Notes: a model not told the origin generated them from the sequence alone. A DNA stretch of 35,946 nucleotides from a virus (IMGVR_UViG_3300023283_000145:1-35946), one strand, 5' to 3'; positions 9,727 to 19,777 are shown, numbered from the stretch's first letter. Program-made: numbers and translations.

Positions 9727-10686
9727 CTACACCGTGTAATCGGCGAACTGATTGGCCAGCGTGACGGTCATCATCTGACCGGCGCCGGAGATGTCGTCTT
9801 CGGCGCGCCATTCGAAATTCTGCGAGACGCCGCCAGGACCTTCGATCGGCTGCCGTGGCCGCGCCAGCCGAGCCTTGTGCAGCGTGATCGTCAGGCTCTT
9901 GTTGGCCGCGATCGTCCATGCCATTTCGATGTCGATCGTGCTGTCGTTGACCGCGATATCGTAATTCGCGAAATCCTCGAAGCGCGCCGACATGTTTCCG
10001 GTGGCACTCGACAGACCTTCGTCGATCGCATCCCGGATGCCGCCGTCGCCAACACTTTCGATGGGGTCGAGATTATTCGAGAAATTGAATTCAAATGACG
10101 TAACCCGCGCGAACTTTGTGCCGCCCTTCTTCAAGGTCGCCTGGAACTGGTGCGCCTTGGCCCCGCGCACCAGCGACGGCGTGCCCGCGCCCGTCACGGC
10201 CGCCTTTGTTTCGTTGGCGCCGATCAGGCCGACCGTCACTTGCGGGAAGCCGCCGCGCGACATGGTGATGTTGAGGGTGTTTGCCTTGACCCCGCTGTAG
10301 ACCCAGAAAATGCCCGACTTGTATTTCTTCTCGACCACCATGCTCGGCAGCGCCGACAAGGTGCCCGACTTGAAGGTGTGGACGAAGTCCGGCGCGGCGC
10401 CGCTCACGTCCGGATCGCCGAACAGCAGGCGCAGCCAGAACCCCAGCGCATCCAGGCGCATGGGCAGCGTCATGTCGCCGTTGACGTCGCGCGCGCCCCG
10501 GCTCGGGGTCTGCGCATCCCGCCGGCCGGTGCCGAGCTCGGGTTGATCGTCGAACGGTTCGTCGGCCCCAAGGCTGTCCGTCAGGAACGGCACCTTGTGG
10601 TAGGTGCCGGCCGTGGCCGGATCGCCGTAGGTGCCTTCGAAGGCGATGGCCATTTCGCTGATGATGCCGCGGGCGCGCGTCGCCAT
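9727..10686 (-). CDS. Major tail tube protein
   Basis: Start MATRARGIISEMAIAFEGTYG (ATG 10686, upstream GAGAGGA). Contains HTFKSG...LPS and PIEGPGGVSQNFEWRA. Confidence 0.88.
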   Translation of the reverse strand: MATRARGIISEMAIAFEGTYGDPATAGTYHKVPFLTDSLGADEPFDDQPELGTGRRDAQTPSRGARDVNGDMTLPMRLDALGFWLRLLFGDPDVSGAAPDFVHTFKSGTLSALPSMVVEKKYKSGIFWVYSGVKANTLNITMSRGGFPQVTVGLIGANETKAAVTGAGTPSLVRGAKAHQFQATLKKGGTKFARVTSFEFNFSNNLDPIESVGDGGIRDAIDEGLSSATGNMSARFEDFANYDIAVNDSTIDIEMAWTIAANKSLTITLHKARLARPRQPIEGPGGVSQNFEWRAEDDISGAGQMMTVTLANQFADYTV

Positions 10687-10703
10687 GGCTGGGTCCTCTC
10701 GTA

Positions 10704-11144
10704 TCAGGTCAAAGGATCGTCGGTGTCGTAAACCAAGGTCAGCACCACGATGGCCGCCTTGATCGTGTCGTCGCCCGGGGGCGCGAAGTCGCTGGGGTCG
10801 CCCGGCGCGCCGGTTTCGACGTAGTCGACCGCGCCGCCAAGGGTGCGGTCCGCGTCGATCGCCGCGTGCAGGTCCCGCAAGACCTGGTCGAGCCGCGTTG
10901 CCCGCGTCTGTGGATCGTTCGCGCGCACCAGGATCTCGACCGGCGCCGGGTGCTCGTAGCTGTAGCTGGGGGGCGACACCTCGACCTCGACCGCTTCGCC
11001 GGGATCGCCGTCGCGCACGATCACCAGGCCGCCGGTCGGCACCGTTTCGGGGGTGGCCGTGTTGCGCTCGACGATGACCCCGGACAGCCCGTTGGCGAGC
11101 TGGTTGGCCAAGGCCTGCACAGCGGTTTCGCGCACCGACGTCAT
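10704..11144 (-). CDS. Tail terminator / tail completion protein
   Basis: RETAVQAL...PETVPTGGLVIVRDGDPGE...IDADRTLGGAVD...YDTDDPL, located just upstream of the tail tube gene. Confidence 0.75.
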   Translation of the reverse strand: MTSVRETAVQALANQLANGLSGVIVERNTATPETVPTGGLVIVRDGDPGEAVEVEVSPPSYSYEHPAPVEILVRANDPQTRATRLDQVLRDLHAAIDADRTLGGAVDYVETGAPGDPSDFAPPGDDTIKAAIVVLTLVYDTDDPLT

Positions 11145-11470
11145 GGCGCGACCCGTGCGTCGACATCCCAGGTCAGCCGGTGCCGATCCCCGGCGCGCGG
11201 CGGTGCCGTCACCTCGTAGGTGACGCCCCCGGTGTCGAAGCGGTCCCCCTTGCCAGGCGTCACAAGGGCGGCCTGCACCCGGAAGCGATGGCCGCCGCCC
11301 GAGCCGGTCCCGAACTGACCGGCGCCGTACCCCTGCAGCCCGTCGTGCGGGGGCAGGGCGATCAGGCGGACCTCGACCGGATCGCCGCCCGCGGCCGGCT
11401 GCCAGGTGCCCGGCGCCGCCGTGTTCGGGTCGCGAAACGCATCGTTGATGGCTTGCCGCGCCGCATCCAT
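11141..11470 (-). CDS. Head-tail joining protein (gpFII-like)
   Basis: Start MDAARQAINDAFRDPN (ATG 11470). Contains PGKGDRFDTGGVTYEV...DRHRLTW. Position fits. Confidence 0.75.
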   Translation of the reverse strand: MDAARQAINDAFRDPNTAAPGTWQPAAGGDPVEVRLIALPPHDGLQGYGAGQFGTGSGGGHRFRVQAALVTPGKGDRFDTGGVTYEVTAPPRAGDRHRLTWDVDARVAP

Positions 11471-11472
11471 CG

Positions 11473-11544
11473 TCAGATCCCCAGCGGCGCGCCGGCCACG
11501 ACCGCGCTGTCGCGGCGCATCGGCTTGCGCAAGCCCCGCATCAT
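11473..11544 (-). CDS. Putative 23-aa small protein
   Basis: GAGGGGG ribosome-binding site, then ATG ATG... giving MMRGLRKPMRRDSAVVAGAPLGI. Its stop lies 2 nt before the next ATG. Confidence 0.35.
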   Translation of the reverse strand: MMRGLRKPMRRDSAVVAGAPLGI

Positions 11545-11598
11545 GCTGACCCCCTCTGCGGTCCGGCGCACTACGGCGCGCCGGACCGGCTCCCCGCG

Positions 11599-11961
11599 TT
11601 AGTTGACCGTGCCGCTGTTCGGGGTCAGGGCGACCAGCCCCGTGGCCGCGCCGGCGGCCGCGTCTTCGGCGGCATAGGCGCAGCCGGTGATGTCGCCGGC
11701 CTCTGGCACCAGCCCCTTGGTGAAGGTCTTGGCGCTGACGTCGTAGTCGAGCCGGTCGCCCGCGACCCAGGCCGTGCCCGTGGCCTTGGGGAGCACGAAC
11801 ACGCCCTCGACCAGGACCGTGCCGGTCTTGGTGTCGGGGATCGCCGTCGCGGCGATACCGACCCCACTGGCGAGCGCCACGACGTCGTCGCTGGCGATGT
11901 CGGCGCCGCTGGCGTTGGTGTGCTGGATTTGCCCGCCTGGATAGCGGAATACGCTGGTCAT
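11599..11961 (-). CDS. DUF2190-family capsid decoration/cement protein
   Basis: GVGIAATAI...GTVLVEGVFVLPKATGTAWVAGDRLDYD, following the major capsid gene. Confidence 0.85.
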   Translation of the reverse strand: MTSVFRYPGGQIQHTNASGADIASDDVVALASGVGIAATAIPDTKTGTVLVEGVFVLPKATGTAWVAGDRLDYDVSAKTFTKGLVPEAGDITGCAYAAEDAAAGAATGLVALTPNSGTVN

Positions 11962-12030
11962 CGTCTCGGCCCTCTCGCTCGTTCGGGATTGGCCGGCGGC
12001 CGTGAACTGGCCGCCGGCGCCGGATCGGCC

Positions 12031-14316
12031 TTACTGGCCGGGGTTGCGCAGCGCGCCGCGGTGATCGATGGCGGCCACGCCGTAGTCGAGGCGCGCTTTC
12101 CACTCGACGCCGTCGGTTCGCCAGCCGTCTTGCGCTTCGAGGAACGGCGCGCTTTCGCCGTCGAGGAACGCGACCTCGATGGCCGGCGCGATGGCCGGGT
12201 CGGCGAAGGCGTACCACGCCGAGCCCGACAGTCGCGGCGTGTCGACGATGTCGCCGAACAGCCCGCGCACCGCGTTGGGCTTCTGCAGCTTGTTGGCCGT
12301 GTCCGGGTCGTACTGCGCGTCGTTCACCACGCGCGCGGTGCCGCCCAGCCCGAGGGGACCCAGCCACACTGCCGGGACGATCGACAGGTAATCGTTGTCC
12401 CAGGGGTCCCGCTGCGAGCCCATCTTGACCCGCGCATCCTCGAAGGTGGCGACCGAGGGACCGCCGGCCGTGCCCGCGATGTTCTTGTGGTCGGCATGGA
12501 ACATCGCCTTGCCGTCCTGCATGGTCGGACCGGCGCCGCCGTTCTGCGCCAGCAGGTCGTAGACGTCCACCTCGACGGACAGCCGCGCCGCGCGGCCAAT
12601 CATCGTCGCCACGCGGCTGAATGCGCTCAGGTCGTCGCTGATCAGCGCCTGGCGCGAGATGGCGATGATGTTGCCGCGGGTCGACGCCGTCAGCAGTTCC
12701 TTTTCGGCATCGCCAAGGGCCTTGTTCTTGAACTGACCGCTTTCCGTGAGGGTGTCGAGCTTGGAGAACACGCCCATCTTGTACCGGTTGTGCGGCCGGA
12801 AGTCGGTCACGGACCCCCGCGCGCAGAAGCGCGACCAGGTGTCCGGCGTGGTGGCATAGGCCGCCTGCAACACCTTATGGGTCACGTTTTCCAGCAGGGT
12901 GACGAAATCGCCCGTGCTCTGGTAGCCGGCCGCGCGCGGCTGCATGGCCGCCTGCAGCAACTCCATGCCGGAGAGGCCGCGGGTCCGGACACCCGCCCGG
13001 TCGAGGCATTCCCGTGCCAGGTCGAGCATGGTCAGGCCGCGGAATTCGCCCGGGTCCAGATCGATCGCGGCGTTCGGGTCGGCCTGTCGCGCGTGCTGCG
13101 CCACCAGATCGCGAACGCCCGCCATGGCCAGCACGCGATTGGTGGCGCCGGTCAGCCACCGGGTGCGGTCGTCGTCGCCGCCGGTGATGCGGTGCGCGTT
13201 GCGTTGCGGATGTCCGGCGCCGGCCGGGTCGCCCGCGCCGGCCCAGGCGTCGACGATCCGCGCGTCGACCGCCGATCCCTGCACGCCGTCGCGGATAAGC
13301 TGGTCGATCACCTCTTGGTCGACCCCCGCCGCCCGGCCGCGGCTCATGATGTACTGCACGCGCGCGCGTTCGGCCGCCACCGGGTCGCCGCCCGGTTGGG
13401 TCGGTTCCGTCGCCTGGGTCTGCGCGGCCGGCTGGGTCGGTGTCGCCGGCTGAGCCGGTGCGGCTGGCTGAGCCGGTGCGGGCGGCTGAGTCTGCGCCGC
13501 CGGTTCGGTCTGCGCCGTCGGCTGGGTCGGTGCCGCCGGCTGGGTCGGTGCCCCGCCGTTCGCTTGCGGCTGGGCAACCGCCGCCCGCTTGCCACGTCCA
13601 AACATGGTGCCCTCGCTCTCGTCAGTGTGTGGGATTGCCCGGCCGCACGCCGCGGCATCGAGGCGCGCCGTGATCCGTTCGGGCGGTTCGAAATAGCGCG
13701 CCAGTTGATCGCGACAGAGCGACGCCGCGGCGCGCTGCGGCTCGCCAAGGCCGGTGGCAAAGCCGAGCTCGATGGCTTCGGCCGCCGTCATCCAGGTGGT
13801 TTCGGCCATCATCGCCCGGACCTGGTCCGATGACAGGCCGGTGCGACCGGCATAGATATCGACCAGGGACTGACCGACGGTGTCGAGCTGGTCGGCTTTC
13901 TTGCGGAGCTCCGCCGCGTCGCCGATCGACGCGTCCCACGGGTTGTGGACCATCACGACGGCGTTTTCGGCGACCAGGATGTCATCACCGGCCATCGCCA
14001 CGGCGCTGGCCATGCTGGCCGCCACGCCGTCGACCATGACAACGATGCGCGCCGGGTGCTTGCGCAGATAGTTGTAGATCGCAAGCCCCTCATAGACGTA
14101 GCCGCCGGGCGAATTGATCCGCACGACCAGGGTGTCGCTCGCGCCCTTGCCGAGCCGGTCGATTTCCGTGGTCAGGGCTTGCGCGTCCAGACCGTCCGCG
14201 CTGTCGCCGACCACGCCGTAAATCAGCACTTCGCCGCCGCGGATCGCCGCTTTCGGCCGCGCCCCGCCGCCAGCAATGATCCCCGCCAGGCCGCGGGTCA
14301 GGCGTCCCCAGTTCAT
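12031..14316 (-). CDS. ClpP-like prohead protease / major capsid fusion protein
   Basis: ATG 14316 overlaps the portal stop. N-terminal ClpP motifs INSPGG, DGVAASMAS, MVHNPW and ETTWMTAAEA. C-terminal capsid motifs SRQALISDDL and ARLDYGVAAIDHRG. Confidence 0.93.
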   Translation of the reverse strand: MNWGRLTRGLAGIIAGGGARPKAAIRGGEVLIYGVVGDSADGLDAQALTTEIDRLGKGASDTLVVRINSPGGYVYEGLAIYNYLRKHPARIVVMVDGVAASMASAVAMAGDDILVAENAVVMVHNPWDASIGDAAELRKKADQLDTVGQSLVDIYAGRTGLSSDQVRAMMAETTWMTAAEAIELGFATGLGEPQRAAASLCRDQLARYFEPPERITARLDAAACGRAIPHTDESEGTMFGRGKRAAVAQPQANGGAPTQPAAPTQPTAQTEPAAQTQPPAPAQPAAPAQPATPTQPAAQTQATEPTQPGGDPVAAERARVQYIMSRGRAAGVDQEVIDQLIRDGVQGSAVDARIVDAWAGAGDPAGAGHPQRNAHRITGGDDDRTRWLTGATNRVLAMAGVRDLVAQHARQADPNAAIDLDPGEFRGLTMLDLARECLDRAGVRTRGLSGMELLQAAMQPRAAGYQSTGDFVTLLENVTHKVLQAAYATTPDTWSRFCARGSVTDFRPHNRYKMGVFSKLDTLTESGQFKNKALGDAEKELLTASTRGNIIAISRQALISDDLSAFSRVATMIGRAARLSVEVDVYDLLAQNGGAGPTMQDGKAMFHADHKNIAGTAGGPSVATFEDARVKMGSQRDPWDNDYLSIVPAVWLGPLGLGGTARVVNDAQYDPDTANKLQKPNAVRGLFGDIVDTPRLSGSAWYAFADPAIAPAIEVAFLDGESAPFLEAQDGWRTDGVEWKARLDYGVAAIDHRGALRNPGQ
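13394..13555. repeat. Nine imperfect 18-bp tandem repeats encoding (P/Q)-(T/A)-Q-P-A-A-like hexapeptides
   Basis: Units such as ggctgggtcggtgccgcc and ggctgagccggtgcggct, in the linker between the protease and capsid domains. Confidence 0.85.
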
Positions 14317-15839
14317 TCGCTTTCCTCGCTTGCCGCTTCGGTTTCGCGCGCGAAAACCGCGTCGCTTGACTGCGCCGTGCCGCTGCGGGCGACCTTCCGC
14401 GGATCGCTGTCGAGCACGACCCCCATGTCGTCGAGCATGTCGAACGCTTCCGCCATCTCCGCGAAGTGCTCGCGCGGGTCCTTCCCGTATTGCCGTACCA
14501 GGTCGAACGGCGTGATCTGGCCGGACCGGACCGCATCGCGATTGGCCGGGACCTCCTTGGTCGGGTCGAGCATGTCGCGCTTCGGCCACGTCCATTTGAG
14601 CGACACCGGCGCCATGACCCGGCCGGAGGCGCGCAAGCCATCGGCGAACCATCTCGCGATCGGCTGCAGCGCGCCGGGCCGCAGGACGTGCATCTGTGTC
14701 GTGGTGATCGTCCGGTATTCGTCGAGCTTGCCCATGCGGCCGCTGGAAAAGTTCACCTGTCGCAGGTCGCCGGTCAGTGCTTCGTAGGAGATGCCCAGGC
14801 CGACCGCGATCGCGTGCAGTTCGATGCTCGCCAGGTCGCCGTACCCCTCGACCGTTGGCGGCTGGCCGAAGGAAATGGTCTTACCAGGGGGCAGGTGCTT
14901 CACCATGCCGGGCGACAGCTTGTCGACCGGATCGCCCGCAGTGTTTTGCTCGCTTTTCACGCCAAGCGGATTGACCCCGCCGGCGGGGTCCGCGTCGTGC
15001 ACGAACGCGGCGAAGCACGCGGCGATCTTTTGCCGCATCAACTGCGCGTCCTGAAGGTCCGCGAAGTCCCGCAGCCGCAACATGACCGGCGCGAGCCACG
15101 GCACGCCGCGCACCTGCCCCGGCCGGTCGACGCGATACACATGGGCGACCTCGCTGGCCGGGACCCGGCGCGAGACAAAGGTCGCCCGGTGCCCGCGCGC
15201 GCCCGGGTGTTCGTCGTGCAGCCAATAGGCGACGCGCCGACCGATCCGGTCGAACTCGACGCCCTGGATGATCAGGTTGCCGTTGTCGGCCGGCCCGTTC
15301 CGGGTGTGGTCGAGGTAGTCCGGTTCCAGGACCTGCACTTGGAAGGGCAGGGACAGGCCGTCCGACGCCCGCCGCCGGCGGCGCCGGAGTATGCATTCCC
15401 CGCTCTCGACCAGGGTGCGGACGATCAGCAGAAAGAGCCCGTGAATGTCGTGCAGACCGTCGGCATCGATCTGCTTGCTTTCCAGATGCTCGCGCAGCGC
15501 CTCTTGCGCACGTTCGCGCGCCGTCGCGTCGATCGCCTGCGCGGTGGCGATGATTCCGGCGCCGACGACCTGCCCCGCGATCACCTCGACGCCACGCCGG
15601 GCATAGGGGTTGTTGCGCACCAGATCGCGCGCGCCGTCTCGCAGCGCGACCAGGCCGCGGCCAATCTCCGCGTTGGCATCGGTCGAGGGGCGCCGCCACC
15701 CGCGCCCGCGCCGTCCGGGCGCCGTGCCCTCATAGAGCGCCAGGGCCTGTCGGTAGGCTTGCGCGCGGCAGCGCGCTTCCGCGCGGCTCGCCGCCAGACC
15801 CGGCGCAACGACGTCGAGGGCGCGATCCAGCCACGTCAT
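14313..15839 (-). CDS. Portal protein, lambda family
   Basis: RDLVRNNPYARRGV, GVEFDRIGRRVAYW, RPGQVRGVPW and LTGDLRQVNFSSGR. Confidence 0.95.
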   Translation of the reverse strand: MTWLDRALDVVAPGLAASRAEARCRAQAYRQALALYEGTAPGRRGRGWRRPSTDANAEIGRGLVALRDGARDLVRNNPYARRGVEVIAGQVVGAGIIATAQAIDATARERAQEALREHLESKQIDADGLHDIHGLFLLIVRTLVESGECILRRRRRRASDGLSLPFQVQVLEPDYLDHTRNGPADNGNLIIQGVEFDRIGRRVAYWLHDEHPGARGHRATFVSRRVPASEVAHVYRVDRPGQVRGVPWLAPVMLRLRDFADLQDAQLMRQKIAACFAAFVHDADPAGGVNPLGVKSEQNTAGDPVDKLSPGMVKHLPPGKTISFGQPPTVEGYGDLASIELHAIAVGLGISYEALTGDLRQVNFSSGRMGKLDEYRTITTTQMHVLRPGALQPIARWFADGLRASGRVMAPVSLKWTWPKRDMLDPTKEVPANRDAVRSGQITPFDLVRQYGKDPREHFAEMAEAFDMLDDMGVVLDSDPRKVARSGTAQSSDAVFARETEAASEESE

Positions 15840-16036
15840 TCGTCGAACCCCCGGTCGACGTAGGTCAGGCGGGTTTGCGGGGCGCCCTGACCCAGGCGCC
15901 GGGCGATCGTCTCGCGCGCCTGGATCAGTTCCGCCGTCGAGGCGTACTCAGTGGTCTGCCCGTCGACCGTCACCTTCCGGACCCCGCGGGCGATCGCCTG
16001 GTCGAGCCGGTCGAGATCGTCTTGCGTGATGGCCAT
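15836..16036 (-). CDS. Head completion protein (gpW-like)
   Basis: MAITQDDLDRLDQAIARGVRKVTVDGQTTEYASTAEL, 66 aa, between TerL and portal. Confidence 0.85.
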   Translation of the reverse strand: MAITQDDLDRLDQAIARGVRKVTVDGQTTEYASTAELIQARETIARRLGQGAPQTRLTYVDRGFDE

Positions 16037-18090
16037 TACCCCCAGAACCCCTCTTGCCGGTCCCCGAACCAGTCGTCGTCGCTTACGGCGGCAGGCGCGG
16101 GCGAGGGTGTGGTCGTGGCCGGCGCCGCCGGCTGCGGCATCGGCGACCACTGCGCTGCGAGATCGGGCTGCACATCCTCGACGTGGCCGCGCTCGCGCGC
16201 GAGCTGCAGCCATTCGTCCGGGGTCAGCCGGTCGAGACCCAGGTAGGAGGCGAGGGCGCGGCACCCGACAATCAGGTCGAGTTGTTCGTTGGCCTGGTTC
16301 TTCTTCTTTTCCCAGCGCCGTATGATCCGGCCCCTTTCCTCGACGGCGGCCAGATGTTCGGCCGTGATCTGCTTGAAAAAGTCTTCATCGCACAGATCGT
16401 TGAAGTGGATCGCGCCAAGCGGCCAGTTGCCATCGCTGTCGGGGCCGTCGATCGTCTTGCGCAGCGCGCCATAGACCCAGGACTTGACCGGCCATGTCCC
16501 GGTCGGCCACAGCATCACGCCGTTGCGGATTTTCTTGCCCTGGTAGTTGATTTCGACGGGGCGCGGCGTGCCCATCATGGGCCGCTGGTGGCCGGGCTGG
16601 CCGTCGAGCGCGAAGACCCGCTCGCGGCCACGGCAGAACAGGTACACCATGTTCGACAGGAAGCCGGCATCCACACCGTAAAGCTCGACCGGCCACAGCA
16701 CGCCGTGCGCGTCCTGGTATTCGCGCTCGACCACCGGCGCCAGCTTGCGCCAGACATCCGGCTGCGAGGGGTCGCCCTCGACAATGCCCCGATCGACCAG
16801 CCACCCGGACATGCCCGGACCCCAGCCGTAAACGGCGTATTCCAGGCGGTTCACCTGCACGTCGACCATGCCGGTCAGGACCAGCGCGCCCGGCGGGACC
16901 TGGCGCGGCCGGTAGTTTTCCCGGCGCAGCATCAAGGCCTGGTAATCGGGCGCGTCGCCCTTTTCCTCGTAATCTTCGCCCAGAACCTGTTGCGTGAAGA
17001 CCTTGACAAGAAAGGGATCGTCCTTCGCGTCTTTCCACTCCTGGACGATCTTGTCCCAGAAGGTGAAGCCGGAATACGCCTGCCAGATCGCAAAGCCGGG
17101 TTGCCGTCCCTTGCTCGACCGCGCCCGGTAGGCATCCAGGTCCGCCGGCGCGATCACGTCGCCCGGTTCGCGGCCTTCGTCCGGATAGGTCTTGACCCAG
17201 CACCCCGCCGCGACCATCGCCTGCTTGTGCGCGTGTTCGATGGTGCAGCCGTGCGCGGCGCAGACGAAATAGGCGCCGTACGGCCATGTCTCGCTGCGCC
17301 ACCGCATGCGCTCCCAGGCGAGCACCTGGAAATGGCCGCAGTGCGGGCACGGCACGTAATAGCGCCGCTGGTCGCTGGCGTCGTACTTGGCCGATATGCG
17401 GCACGACCCCTTGAGCCCGGGGGTCGACAGGTAATAGCGCTTGGGGTCGCGCAGATCCCACGCCGTCAAGCGCTTTTCGGCCAGCGCGAGCGGATCGCCG
17501 CGATCGTCGACGTCGTCGGGCCATTCCGACAGTTCGTCGGCGATCATCACGCGGCCGCTGATCATCTGCAGACCGCGGGAGGTGTTCGCGCCGGTGACCT
17601 GAATATAGCCGCCGCGGAACTTCTTGTACGACGTCGTCGAGCCGCTTTCGTCCCGGCTCTTGCGCTCCATGACCTTGTGCCGAAGCGCCGGGGTGTCGTC
17701 GATCGTCGGCTGCAGCTTGACCTTGACGTACTTTTTCGCTTCGTCGAGCGTCGGCAGAACCACGATGATCGGCGACGGCTCGCGATCGACCGCGTACCCG
17801 ATCAAGTTCAGCCCGAACTCGGTCCCCGCGATCTGGTGGGACTTCTTCAGCGCGACCGAATGGCAGGGGTGTGAGAACGACAGGCATTCCTGGATTTCGA
17901 TGCCATAGGGCGCGCGATCGTTATCCCAGAGACCCGGATAGGGCGACCCGCTTTCCGCCGACACGACGCGGTGTTCGGCCGCCCATTGATCGACCGTCAT
18001 CGGCTCCGGCGGCACCAGGGCCGCGGCGAACGCGACCAGGAATTTCGCCGCGCCGGAGGCGAGCCCGGCATGGTGCTTAGGCCGCGACAT
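16036..18090 (-). CDS. Terminase large subunit (GpA family)
   Basis: KSHQIAGTE Walker A variant, MIADE Walker B, STP, SDQRRYYVPCPHCG zinc motif, VDVQ nuclease motif and NEQLD. Confidence 0.95.
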   Translation of the reverse strand: MSRPKHHAGLASGAAKFLVAFAAALVPPEPMTVDQWAAEHRVVSAESGSPYPGLWDNDRAPYGIEIQECLSFSHPCHSVALKKSHQIAGTEFGLNLIGYAVDREPSPIIVVLPTLDEAKKYVKVKLQPTIDDTPALRHKVMERKSRDESGSTTSYKKFRGGYIQVTGANTSRGLQMISGRVMIADELSEWPDDVDDRGDPLALAEKRLTAWDLRDPKRYYLSTPGLKGSCRISAKYDASDQRRYYVPCPHCGHFQVLAWERMRWRSETWPYGAYFVCAAHGCTIEHAHKQAMVAAGCWVKTYPDEGREPGDVIAPADLDAYRARSSKGRQPGFAIWQAYSGFTFWDKIVQEWKDAKDDPFLVKVFTQQVLGEDYEEKGDAPDYQALMLRRENYRPRQVPPGALVLTGMVDVQVNRLEYAVYGWGPGMSGWLVDRGIVEGDPSQPDVWRKLAPVVEREYQDAHGVLWPVELYGVDAGFLSNMVYLFCRGRERVFALDGQPGHQRPMMGTPRPVEINYQGKKIRNGVMLWPTGTWPVKSWVYGALRKTIDGPDSDGNWPLGAIHFNDLCDEDFFKQITAEHLAAVEERGRIIRRWEKKKNQANEQLDLIVGCRALASYLGLDRLTPDEWLQLARERGHVEDVQPDLAAQWSPMPQPAAPATTTPSPAPAAVSDDDWFGDRQEGFWG

Positions 18091-18688
18091 CCTGCCCCCC
18101 ATCGCCGCAGAGCTTTTCCAGGTCGGTCGCGAGCTGGCCGAGCACGCGCCGGAACTCGGTTTCGAGCGTGTCGCGGATTTCCGCCGGGTCGGTCATGTGC
18201 GCCAGACGCTCCGGCAATTCGCGCGCGCAGCGCATCATGCCGGTCTGCACCGTCGCGGCGGCCTGCGCGGCCCCGTCCTCGACCTCGCTGGTGGGCACCA
18301 GCTTGCCCAGCTTTTCGTCGAGTTCGATCCGTGCCCGCTGCGCCGCGACCGCTTCGCGTTCCGCCCGCGCGTCGTTGTAGGTCGCACCCGGCCGCGCCGG
18401 CGCCGTCGGCGCGTCGGCCGGCGGATCGGCCGGCGCGGCGACCAGGGCAGGGGACTCCGCCACTTCGTCTGACACGCGCCCGGCGCCGACCGGCCCGGAC
18501 CGGCCGGCCGGGTTGAATTCCAGGTGCACGTTGTCCGCGCGATGGCGCCGGAGCTCTTCAAGGTCGACCAGCGGCCGCTTGTCGGTGCCCCGGTTGAGCT
18601 CCGGATAGCCGCCGAGATACCGCGACACCGTCGACTTGCTCAGCCCCAGCGCCCGCGCCGCCTGCGAGACGTTGACCAACTCGGTCAT
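18077..18688 (-). CDS. Terminase small subunit (Nu1-like)
   Basis: N-terminal HTH (VSQAARALGLSKSTVSRY) and coiled coil (ARAEREAVAAQRARIELDEKLGKLV), overlapping the TerL start. Confidence 0.85.
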   Translation of the reverse strand: MTELVNVSQAARALGLSKSTVSRYLGGYPELNRGTDKRPLVDLEELRRHRADNVHLEFNPAGRSGPVGAGRVSDEVAESPALVAAPADPPADAPTAPARPGATYNDARAEREAVAAQRARIELDEKLGKLVPTSEVEDGAAQAAATVQTGMMRCARELPERLAHMTDPAEIRDTLETEFRRVLGQLATDLEKLCGDGGQDVAA

Positions 18689-19755
18689 TCCGCCCCCCAG
18701 CCCAGCAAGGGTGTATCGGCGCCGGTGATGCGATCGATGCGCCGCTGGCAGTCTGCGACGTACTCCGGTTCGCGTTCGATGGCGATCACGTCGAGGCCTT
18801 CGCGCAAGCCCGCCTCGATGGCCGTGCCACTCCCCGCGAAAGGGTCGAGCAAGGTCCCGCCCGGCGGGGTCACCATGCGCGCGTAGTAGGCAATCAGGTC
18901 GATCGGCTTGACGGTCGGATGTCTGGACCCGGCGCGGTCCGCCTCGCTGGCCTTCGCCGAATAGAAGAACCGCGCGGCCGTGCCGTCATCGTTGTGCTTC
19001 CGCTGGTCGCGCTGGTCATTGCCGCTCGACTTCCATCCGCCGGCATACACGCGATTGCCGCCGCGCTGATCGTCGGCCGACGTCTGACCCCCAAGCTGGC
19101 CACCGCGCTCGCCATAGGCGCCGAAGGCCGCCAGGACTTCCGGGCTGCCATCGTGCACGACGTTCGACGGCCAGCGGCCCGCGTCGTGCGGCACGAATGT
19201 ACGCTTTTCCCTCTGGTCGGCGCCGTAGATTTCGCCAGCGTTGGCCGACGGCGTTTGCGTCGTGCTAGGCACATCGCCTGCCACCCGGCAGCCGTCGATA
19301 TTCAGGGCGCCGGTGCCGTGGCGACGCAGGTTCGCGAGCAGGCTGCCCTTGAACGGCTTGCGGACAACGGCGATCGGCTCCCACGCGGGCTTGACCGAGC
19401 CGCCGCAGCCGGCCCATTCGTCCTGGTATTCCTTGATGTAGCCGACCTTGGCGAAGCCGCTGCCATACATCCAGGCGAACTGGTCGAAGACCTCGAAACC
19501 GGCATCCTCGATATCGCAGGCAAGCCGGTGGTAGGTCCGCGTCGAGCTGAAGGCGAGCATGAAGCCGCCGGGCTTCAGCAGGCGGAAGCACCATTTCCAG
19601 GTCGCCCGGTCGGGAAGGATCTTGTCCCACCTTTTGCCCATGAAGCCGATCCCGTACGGCGGATCGGTCACGACCGCGTCGACCCGGACGCCCTTGCGCC
19701 ATAGCTCCGGCATCACGGCCAGATTGTCGCCCGCCTCGACGCGCGCCGTGCTCAT
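18685..19755 (-). CDS. DNA methyltransferase, beta class (N6-A/N4-C)
   Basis: VTDPPY near the N-terminus; HPTVKP and LDPFAGSGT near the C-terminus. Probable ATG at 19755. Confidence 0.92.
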   Translation of the reverse strand: MSTARVEAGDNLAVMPELWRKGVRVDAVVTDPPYGIGFMGKRWDKILPDRATWKWCFRLLKPGGFMLAFSSTRTYHRLACDIEDAGFEVFDQFAWMYGSGFAKVGYIKEYQDEWAGCGGSVKPAWEPIAVVRKPFKGSLLANLRRHGTGALNIDGCRVAGDVPSTTQTPSANAGEIYGADQREKRTFVPHDAGRWPSNVVHDGSPEVLAAFGAYGERGGQLGGQTSADDQRGGNRVYAGGWKSSGNDQRDQRKHNDDGTAARFFYSAKASEADRAGSRHPTVKPIDLIAYYARMVTPPGGTLLDPFAGSGTAIEAGLREGLDVIAIEREPEYVADCQRRIDRITGADTPLLGWGAE

Positions 19756-19777
19756 GGCCGCGCGCTCCGGCCGGAAC

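Noticed and set aside
10704-11144. Metabolic (acyl-CoA transferase-type) label often attached to this family
   Set aside because: Size, sequence and position before the tail tube gene indicate a tail completion protein.
13394-13555. Repeat array as a possible CRISPR
   Set aside because: The units are contiguous, degenerate, in-frame coding repeats with no spacers, and there are no cas genes.
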